From a virus (taxonomy: Duplodnaviria; Caudoviricetes): a stretch of DNA of 64,000 bases. Positions 57,469 through 64,000 of the stretch are shown one piece after another; positions within the stretch are counted from its first letter, which is position 1; every line of letters starts with the position of its first letter. Location of the stretch: positions 32,001-96,000 of IMG/VR virus record IMGVR_UViG_3300028832_000095. The stretch is one strand, 5' to 3'. The notes beneath the pieces were generated by a model, which was given only the letters and a program-made list of their open reading frames with translations, did no database searches and was not told the DNA's origin. Position numbers and translations under genes: made by a program.

Positions 57469-57518
57469 ATATTTACAAGGTTAAGCAATACGAATAGGAA
57501 TTTAGGAGGTATATAAAG

Positions 57519-58361
57519 ATGAAAGCATATAAGGCATTTAATAAGGATATGACTTGTAGAGGATTTCAGTTTGAAGAAGGAAAAGAGTATGAGGAACAGA
57601 GTGCTGTTCTTTGTAAATCTGGTTTTCATGCTTGTGAAAATCCTCTTGACTGTTGGAACTATTACGATATGCTTAATAGTGATATTCACGAAGTAGAACT
57701 TGATGGTGTATCTGATGAACGCAATATGGATACAAAAGTCTGTGCGAAGAAGATCAAGATTGGTGTTAAGATGTCCTTGTTTGACATTGTAAAGGCATCT
57801 ATTGATTATGTCAAGGAATCCATAACTAAGGAAGATAATAGGTCTGATAATGTTGACTTTGCTCAACTCGCAAACTCCGGCAATTGGGCAAAACTCGCAA
57901 ACTCCGGTGACTCGGCAAAACTCGCAAACTCCGGTTACTCGGCAAAACTCGCAAACTCCGGTGACTCGGCAAAACTCGCAAACTCCGGTTACTCGGCACA
58001 ACTTGCAAACTCCGGTGACTCGGCAAAACTTGCAAACTCCGGTGACTCGGCACAACTTGCAAACTCCGGCAATTGGGCACAGCTTGCAAACTCCGGCAAT
58101 CGGGCACAACTTGCAAACTCCGGTGATTGTGTAACTATTAGATCAACTGGAAAGAATTCAGTCCTTGTTTGTTCTGGCTATCATAATAAAGTAAGTGCTA
58201 TGAAAGGATCTTGGATCACACTTTCGGAGTGGAAACAGGACGAGGAAGGACATTGGATTCCTGTTTGTGTAAAAACAGAACAGGTTGATGGAGTAAGAAT
58301 TAAAGAAAATGTTTTGTATTCAATTAAAAACGGTGAGTTTGTTGAAGTTGGGGAGGACTGA
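57519..58361 (+). CDS. Phage protein with KAYK..CRGFQF..GFHACE.PLD N-domain (DUF7666-like) and 9-aa repeat solenoid
   Basis: Recognisable N-terminal motif; 10 x A(K/Q)LANSGxx; C-terminal VDG.RIK..Y. Confidence 0.8.
   Translation: MKAYKAFNKDMTCRGFQFEEGKEYEEQSAVLCKSGFHACENPLDCWNYYDMLNSDIHEVELDGVSDERNMDTKVCAKKIKIGVKMSLFDIVKASIDYVKESITKEDNRSDNVDFAQLANSGNWAKLANSGDSAKLANSGYSAKLANSGDSAKLANSGYSAQLANSGDSAKLANSGDSAQLANSGNWAQLANSGNRAQLANSGDCVTIRSTGKNSVLVCSGYHNKVSAMKGSWITLSEWKQDEEGHWIPVCVKTEQVDGVRIKENVLYSIKNGEFVEVGED
57861..58130 (+). repeat. 10 tandem 27-bp coding repeats
   Basis: gcaaaactcgcaaactccggtgactcg variants. Confidence 0.95.
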
Positions 58362-58364
58362 ATT

Positions 58365-58637
58365 ATGAAGATCACAAAGGAAATTGTGGAAACATTGAAC
58401 ACAAAACTTGAAAAACTAGGTTGTAATTTCTGTTATGAGATGATGGAAACAAATGATTATGTTCCTACAATTCGTAGAACGATGAAGGATACTATTGGTT
58501 TTGTTGACAGTGCAACGATTAACTGCACAGCTAAATTCTACGATTGGTTAAATTCTTTCTTTGCAGAGTATGGTATCAAGCTCCAATATAATAATACTAT
58601 GGAGATATGTTGGAGCAAAGATTATTCGATGTTTTAA
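58365..58637 (+). CDS. Hypothetical protein
   Basis: GGAGG RBS. Confidence 0.6.
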   Translation: MKITKEIVETLNTKLEKLGCNFCYEMMETNDYVPTIRRTMKDTIGFVDSATINCTAKFYDWLNSFFAEYGIKLQYNNTMEICWSKDYSMF

Positions 58638-58655
58638 GATAGGAGGATAATTAAA

Positions 58656-59086
58656 ATGATGCTTTTGAAAGATGTTCTTAAAATGTTTGAAAGGGATCAG
58701 ATTTTAGATTTTTACGATATGGATGGAAAGATCATCTGTGATACAATGGTTATTACCGTTGAACGTGACGGTGCAACAAACTTTGGAATATCTGAAAATA
58801 CAAATGTTCACAGAGTTGAGTTTGGGATAATGTTATTAAGGTGTTTGTTGATAATGTTAGAATCCTCGAAAAAGGTAAGGAATATTATTTTCAGGTTATT
58901 CAGGCAGCAGAAGGATATTCTTACGGCTATGTTAAGATGACATCTGAACAAGCAAGATTTGTCAACTATGTTACAAATCAAAATAATTGGAAATTGTCAG
59001 AGTTGGATAGCTATGACGGTTCATTTATTGTTAATCTTAACGATTGGAAAACAGTAGAAGAGGTAGAAGGGGATGATTCGGCATGA
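58656..59086 (+). pseudogene. Frameshifted gene (ORFs 58656-58940 + 58841-59086), paralog of 59694-60173
   Basis: Second ORF matches the C-terminal half of the 59694 protein; a -1 shift near 58820 joins the two ORFs. Confidence 0.6.
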
Positions 59087-59391
59087 TTATTCCAGAGGTA
59101 ATGAAAAATTTAAATAAGGATATTAAAGAATTTTGTGATAGATTGTATTTCAAATATAGTCCATTTTCAGACATGGATATTATTGCAAATATTGTTTATA
59201 GTGGGATGTTGACATATAGTAGTGACTTGAGAATGAAAGAAGAGTTTGACAGGATAGATAAATGTAAATATAGAAATCTTGCAATTGAAGTCGAGAAGAA
59301 AGTACAAAAAGAAGTTGAACAAGAGATAAAAAGTTATTTATCTGATAGATTTGGAGGATATTGTAATGCCGTACAAAGCGGAAAAGATTAA
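59083..59391 (+). CDS. Hypothetical protein
   Basis: ORF. Confidence 0.55.
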   Translation: MIIPEVMKNLNKDIKEFCDRLYFKYSPFSDMDIIANIVYSGMLTYSSDLRMKEEFDRIDKCKYRNLAIEVEKKVQKEVEQEIKSYLSDRFGGYCNAVQSGKD

Positions 59392-59704
59392 ACTTCCTGA
59401 ACAGTATGACAGAAGAAGAAAACTGACAGAATCTCAAAAAAGTGAAATTAAAAGTAAATACGAAACAGGTTTTTACAGTCTTAACGGTCTTGCCAGAGAA
59501 TATACAGTGAGTAAGAAAACAATTCTTCTTATTGTAAATCCCGAATCTAAGAGAAAGAACGACCAACATATCAAAGATCATTGGAAAGACTATGTAAGAC
59601 CTAAACAGGAAAGAAATGAGATTATAAAAGAACATAGACATTATAAGCAAGAATTATATAAGAGTGGCAAGATTAAAATGGAGGAACTGAATAATGACTC
59701 TTAA
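59366..59704 (+). CDS. HTH DNA-binding protein
   Basis: KLTESQKSEIKSKY..SLNGLAREYTVSKKTILLIV. Confidence 0.7.
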   Translation: MPYKAEKIKLPEQYDRRRKLTESQKSEIKSKYETGFYSLNGLAREYTVSKKTILLIVNPESKRKNDQHIKDHWKDYVRPKQERNEIIKEHRHYKQELYKSGKIKMEELNNDS

Positions 59705-60173
59705 AAATTTCATTGAAAAGAAACTTCCAAAATGTACTAACGGAGTTATCTCATTTAAGGTTTTTGAGAAAGTTGGTAATGAAGTTATTGATAGTCCATT
59801 GTTCACTAACAAGGAATGGGATGCTGAAACTTTTGATAAAAAATGGTTAAAAGCTGAAGTTGTGCATTATAGCATCGGTTATGGAATTTGTAATGATTTT
59901 ACTGAGGTTTGCTACATTTATGTTTATGATCCAGATAAGCCAGTAGAAGGAAGACCTTATTACTTCTATATGGATTCTTGTGGAGATGGTGTTTCTACTG
60001 GATCCGGTTGGGTAAAACTTACTCCGGAACAAGCTAGATGGGTTGCATTTGCTTTGGATAAAAGTAATTGGAAAGATTGGGTTCCCGGAGTTCCAATGGT
60101 TGACGGCGATACAAGAATTCATCTTGATAAGTGGAAAACAGTTAGTCAGGTTGAGAAAGGAAAGAAAAAATGA
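59694..60173 (+). CDS. Hypothetical protein (paralog of 58656-59086)
   Basis: GGAGG RBS; shared YYF..G.VK.T.EQAR.V....NWK..L..WKTV motif. Confidence 0.65.
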   Translation: MTLKNFIEKKLPKCTNGVISFKVFEKVGNEVIDSPLFTNKEWDAETFDKKWLKAEVVHYSIGYGICNDFTEVCYIYVYDPDKPVEGRPYYFYMDSCGDGVSTGSGWVKLTPEQARWVAFALDKSNWKDWVPGVPMVDGDTRIHLDKWKTVSQVEKGKKK

Positions 60174-60427
60174 AAGTATATGCAGTAGAAAGATATGTAA
60201 GGGATGGACTCTTGAAATCTTTTACCGCCACTCTTTTAGATATTTTTGAAACTCGTGAAGCCGGATTGGAATTCTGCAAAGAGTTTGTAAGGAAAAGTGA
60301 TATGAATTCTAAGAAAGATGGAATTAGCTTAGTAGAAACACAAAAAGACGGAGCAGATTTGATCTGTAATTCTCATGTTGGAAGATTTGAATTCTTAAAA
60401 GGTTACTGGAAGGAGGTTAAAAAATGA
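60170..60427 (+). CDS. Hypothetical protein
   Basis: Overlapping ATGA. Confidence 0.6.
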   Translation: MKVYAVERYVRDGLLKSFTATLLDIFETREAGLEFCKEFVRKSDMNSKKDGISLVETQKDGADLICNSHVGRFEFLKGYWKEVKK

Positions 60428-60792
60428 GTATAATCGAAAATGCAAAGATCAAGGATGTTTCTATTTCTATGGCAGATCACGGAGTTCTTACTTTTACTAT
60501 TTTTGTTGAGGGTTCCGGATGGTGCTGTGGTATTGGGCAGTATGTAAATGGCGTTGGTTATCTTGGCGCAGATTACTGGAAAGGTAATGGCTCTGCTATT
60601 GTGGCAATGATGAAAATTATGGACACAGTTGGAGTTGAAAAGTGGGAAAACTTACAGGGCAAATATATCCGTATAGAGTCTAAAGGTTGGGGTTCTTCTA
60701 TTCATAAGATCGGAAATATAATTGAAGATAAATGGTTTGATCTTAAAGAGTTTTTTGAAAACACCGACGGAAAGCCCTTATATTTTAGATGA
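60424..60792 (+). CDS. Conserved hypothetical phage protein
   Basis: NAKI..DHG.LT..IMDTVGVEKWE.L.GKYIR..IGNII...WF. Confidence 0.7.
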   Translation: MSIIENAKIKDVSISMADHGVLTFTIFVEGSGWCCGIGQYVNGVGYLGADYWKGNGSAIVAMMKIMDTVGVEKWENLQGKYIRIESKGWGSSIHKIGNIIEDKWFDLKEFFENTDGKPLYFR

Positions 60793-60806
60793 GAGGGTAG
60801 GAAAAA

Positions 60807-61289
60807 ATGAATGAATATCTAAAAGATATAAAGATTAACAACTATACATTAAATATATCGAAACTTAATTTAACACAAAAAGACTTTGAAATCGCAAAAG
60901 AAGAATATGAACGGAATAGAATTATCTATAACTTAGCACATGATCTGGAACAGCATTTATATGATTTCAATAACAAAGTTTATCTTGTAATAGACAAACT
61001 TGTATTTGACACCTTTCGAGATATAGGTGGATGTTATAATCCAGAAACAATTCTTCAAGCAATGACAGATTTATCACTTCTTCAAAGAGTTATCAAATCT
61101 GTGAATGAACAAATAAAAATGCTTGATGTATATGAAGCAACACTCACACAAACCGAACAAGGAACATGGCAATATAATCCTATACATGGATATCAATTAG
61201 CTGTTCCAAAAGAACCGTTCAAACCAACAGAAGAATTGTTTACATCTATTAAAAATAGGTGGGAGGAGATTTATGGAAAGTACATATGA
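60807..61289 (+). CDS. Hypothetical protein
   Basis: ORF. Confidence 0.55.
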   Translation: MNEYLKDIKINNYTLNISKLNLTQKDFEIAKEEYERNRIIYNLAHDLEQHLYDFNNKVYLVIDKLVFDTFRDIGGCYNPETILQAMTDLSLLQRVIKSVNEQIKMLDVYEATLTQTEQGTWQYNPIHGYQLAVPKEPFKPTEELFTSIKNRWEEIYGKYI

Positions 61290-61551
61290 AACACTAATAG
61301 AATTATGTAATATAAAATCACAATTGGATGACTCACTCAATAAAACGGATAATGAAATTTTGCAAAAACTTGTCTTTCAGCAAAAACTAAATGAGCTGGT
61401 TCAAACAATAATGGATGATACATCTGTTATTAAACCTCCGGTGGAAATACCAAATCCTCCATTACCACCACTTAAACATGACGAAGTTGATCATGAAAAA
61501 TTAGATTGGATAATTCCACCAATTTCAGTAAGAAAGGATAATGAAAAATGA
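61273..61551 (+). CDS. Hypothetical Pro-rich protein
   Basis: GGAGG RBS. Confidence 0.55.
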   Translation: MESTYETLIELCNIKSQLDDSLNKTDNEILQKLVFQQKLNELVQTIMDDTSVIKPPVEIPNPPLPPLKHDEVDHEKLDWIIPPISVRKDNEK

Positions 61552-61763
61552 ATTTTACAATGGAAGAATTGATGATGCTTTATGCATCTGTTGGATGTTT
61601 TCATGAAAGAGCTGCCAGACAATTCGCAGATTCATTGGCAGATAAAACAGAAGAAGATAAAACAATAAGCCCAGAAGAATTCTCAGAAACAAATGAAGCA
61701 ATTATGAAACTATATGATAAACTTGAAAATGAAATAAAAAGAATTGCGGAAGAAAATAATTAA
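61548..61763 (+). CDS. Hypothetical protein
   Basis: Overlapping ATGA. Confidence 0.55.
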   Translation: MNFTMEELMMLYASVGCFHERAARQFADSLADKTEEDKTISPEEFSETNEAIMKLYDKLENEIKRIAEENN

Positions 61764-61778
61764 AAACAAATAACAAAT

Positions 61779-61827
61779 AAAAGAACAATAGATGGAATAT
61801 AGAAAAAACATCTATCGTTCTTTCTTT
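61779..61827 (+). terminator. Probable terminator hairpin
   Basis: aaagaacaatagatg / catctatcgttcttt followed by a T-rich tail. Confidence 0.55.
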
Positions 61828-61888
61828 ATATGCGAAAAAAGAAACAATATAAGTAGAATTTTTATCCCTTAAAGGAGTTGATCTATTT

Positions 61889-62857
61889 ATGGCATATACA
61901 GGAACAGGAACACAAGCAGATCCTTTTATTCCAACGACAATAACAAGTTTATATGACGTTTTAGATATATGTAATAATGATGAAAGTTCATTTGGTGTGG
62001 CTGGTTATTATATTAAGTTGACATCCAATCTTGATTGCGCGAGTGATACTGATTATGTCGGATACTCTAATACGCCTATAACACTAACTTCATATGTTAA
62101 TAAACTATATTCTGATAACGGATATAAGATTATCGGTCTGTGCGTAAAAGCACAGTATTTCATAAATGCTTTTGCTACAGCAAATAATTATGTTATAGAT
62201 AACATTGGATTTGAGAATTGTTTTTGGAAACCACCAGCAGCAGGAGTTTGTTTCTATTTAACAAGTAGTGGTAGTTCTACTGATGCTGTAAAGCATATGT
62301 ATAGAGTTTCATCAAGTATTTATGTAGCTGCTTCGGATAATGATACACAGTTTATATCTTTTCAATATGGCTCTATGCCTTTTTCAACAATAGAGGAAAG
62401 TTCTCTTTATTTTGATTTTAGCAATTCTGTTAATATTGATTGTAGTCAACAAAATCTTATGTTCTCTCACTTTATAAATACAAATATAATTATAACAAAT
62501 GCATATTTGTATGGTATTGGAGGAACACCTTATATTATTACGGCTTACTTAAATCACCATTCCCCATATAATAGCTTTATTTTTAAGAATTGTACTATAC
62601 GTGCAGGTAATAATGGAGATTTTAATCTAATTGCAAATCTTGATTATAGTTACGCGGCTTTTATTGATTGTACGTTTAGTGCAAATACTTTATCAGGTGT
62701 TGGCACAGCAAATAAATATGATTGTTCTCATTGCGTTGTAGCATCCGATAATTATACTAATGTTAATCACACTGATGACCCAACTTATGTGAATTATTTA
62801 ACAATACAGGAACTACAAGATAATCAAAAGTTAATTGATATAGGATTTTTACCATAA
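61889..62857 (+). CDS. Putative beta-helical virion/receptor-binding protein
   Basis: GTGTQADPF N-terminus, YIKLTSNLD..NGYKI.GL; N/S/T/Y-rich; ends L.DIGFLP. Confidence 0.5.
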   Translation: MAYTGTGTQADPFIPTTITSLYDVLDICNNDESSFGVAGYYIKLTSNLDCASDTDYVGYSNTPITLTSYVNKLYSDNGYKIIGLCVKAQYFINAFATANNYVIDNIGFENCFWKPPAAGVCFYLTSSGSSTDAVKHMYRVSSSIYVAASDNDTQFISFQYGSMPFSTIEESSLYFDFSNSVNIDCSQQNLMFSHFINTNIIITNAYLYGIGGTPYIITAYLNHHSPYNSFIFKNCTIRAGNNGDFNLIANLDYSYAAFIDCTFSANTLSGVGTANKYDCSHCVVASDNYTNVNHTDDPTYVNYLTIQELQDNQKLIDIGFLP

Positions 62858-62875
62858 TTAGGTTAGGGTGATATT

Positions 62876-63628
62876 ATGTCTTGGTCAAGTACAAATTGGA
62901 AGTTATTGGACGGTTCAAATTTTAGTCTACCATATCCATCTGTATTAACACAAATCGTAGATACGATTGATAACTCTAATATAAAATTTTGCTTCTATAA
63001 ATATGGAGTTGAAAATTATGGTCTGCCGAAATCAATTCCATATAATATAAATATACCGGGAGCTTGCAAAGGATTAAGTAATTTAACATCTGTGACAATA
63101 CCTGATTCTGTAAAATATATAGATCATTATGCATTTTGGGATACTGGATTGACTTCTGTAACACTATCATATAAAACAAAATATCAAAGTACATCATTTC
63201 CCCAAAACTGTACTATAAATATAATAGATGACAGACCGTTTTCATGTGATTCTGAATATTATATAGACACAGAAGTTGAATACGTTATAAATGGAAATTA
63301 TTATTATAAGTATAATGACGAACCATCAGTAGGTATGATAGTAATAATAAATGCAGGTGGCATATATTATACAACAGGTTTATTTATATCTCCTTACTCA
63401 GAAAGTGCTGTAACCTATAAAACGCAATATGGTTATGTGTGTACTTCGGTTGGAAGCATAATATATGATGGGGTTACATGGTGGTATTCTTCCGCTGATT
63501 ATGCTATTGGAGGTCAGTATCAGGGCAGCGGTATGGAAAATTATTCAGATATAGTAAATTTCCCATACACTCAACAAATTTTAACAAATATTTTACAATC
63601 AATACACGCATCTATGAATAATAATTAA
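62876..63628 (+). CDS. Protein with BspA-type leucine-rich repeats
   Basis: GACKGLSNLTSVTIPDSVKYIDHYAFWDTGLTSVTL. Confidence 0.7.
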   Translation: MSWSSTNWKLLDGSNFSLPYPSVLTQIVDTIDNSNIKFCFYKYGVENYGLPKSIPYNINIPGACKGLSNLTSVTIPDSVKYIDHYAFWDTGLTSVTLSYKTKYQSTSFPQNCTINIIDDRPFSCDSEYYIDTEVEYVINGNYYYKYNDEPSVGMIVIINAGGIYYTTGLFISPYSESAVTYKTQYGYVCTSVGSIIYDGVTWWYSSADYAIGGQYQGSGMENYSDIVNFPYTQQILTNILQSIHASMNNN

Positions 63629-63643
63629 AACAAATATTTATTT

Positions 63644-63682
63644 ACAAACCACTTGACAAAATCAGGTGGTTTGTGTTATAAT
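63644..63682 (+). promoter_or_regulatory. Promoter embedded in a 13-bp inverted repeat
   Basis: TTGACA (63653)-18bp-TATAAT; IR acaaaccacttga/tcaggtggtttgt. Confidence 0.65.
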
Positions 63683-63718
63683 ATATTTAAGAGTAATCAC
63701 AAAGGAGGAAATGTAATA

Positions 63719-63889
63719 ATGCCAGAAAAAGAATTATCAGAAAAAGAAATAGAACAACAGATAAAAAATCTACTTATAGATAATGTAAATATAAAAGAAC
63801 TAATGGATCTGGGAAAACAAGTCTCAGAAAAATATGATGTAGATCCAGAACTATATGAATTTTTCCATAGAGAAGTGGTAGAAGTTTAA
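63719..63889 (+). CDS. Small hypothetical protein
   Basis: AAGGAGG RBS; MPEKELSEKE. Confidence 0.6.
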   Translation: MPEKELSEKEIEQQIKNLLIDNVNIKELMDLGKQVSEKYDVDPELYEFFHREVVEV

Positions 63890-64000
63890 GTATATAAAAA
63901 AACAAATAATTAAACTATAAACAAAACAATCTAGAACTATAAACGATGTAACTCGTTATAGGACGGGACATTATGTGAAAAGGGGATGGTCTTATGGTAA

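Noticed and set aside
57462-58134. Repeat-containing ORFs in other frames and strands; CRISPR-like appearance
   Set aside because: By-products of the 27-bp coding tandem repeat; no unique spacers, so not a CRISPR array
61889-63628. Diversity-generating retroelement target
   Set aside because: No reverse transcriptase or template/variable repeat pair seen in the window
1-64000. Stop-codon reassignment; remaining short minus-strand ORFs
   Set aside because: Genes are intact and densely packed under code 11 with no suppressor tRNA; the minus-strand ORFs are shadows of + strand genes

Overview
This is a 64-kb segment of a large, AT-rich, contractile-tailed (myovirus-type) bacteriophage. The sigma-A promoters, RecU and GuaD point to a Firmicutes/Clostridia host. 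All credible genes are on the + strand. Order: baseplate/tail module (1-10.8 kb); AT-rich non-coding region with phased repeats (origin candidate); DUF932 gene; SNF2 helicase with one cis HNH intein and one naturally split intein; initiator, DnaC, DnaB, primase, SSB and PolA; a 7-deazaguanine DNA-modification cluster (DpdA-like, Gat-QueC, QueD, QueE, FolE) that also contains a Gpt-like phosphoribosyltransferase and a GuaD-like guanine deaminase; beta clamp and recombination genes; a tRNA island (37.9-40.1 kb); a full DnaX (Ala1 intein)/HolB/HolA clamp loader; PhoH; a Clp ATPase; and many small hypothetical genes. The tRNA island holds seven conventional or near-conventional tRNAs, two CCA-ended tRNA-like RNAs with very large arm insertions, and several structured spacer RNAs displaying anti-Shine-Dalgarno sequences. 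The strongest novelty candidates are (1) the non-canonical RNA island, (2) the deazaguanine pathway extended with GuaD+Gpt and possibly clamp-tethered DpdA, and (3) the split-intein SNF2 helicase. All calls come from motif recognition by eye; no database searches were run.
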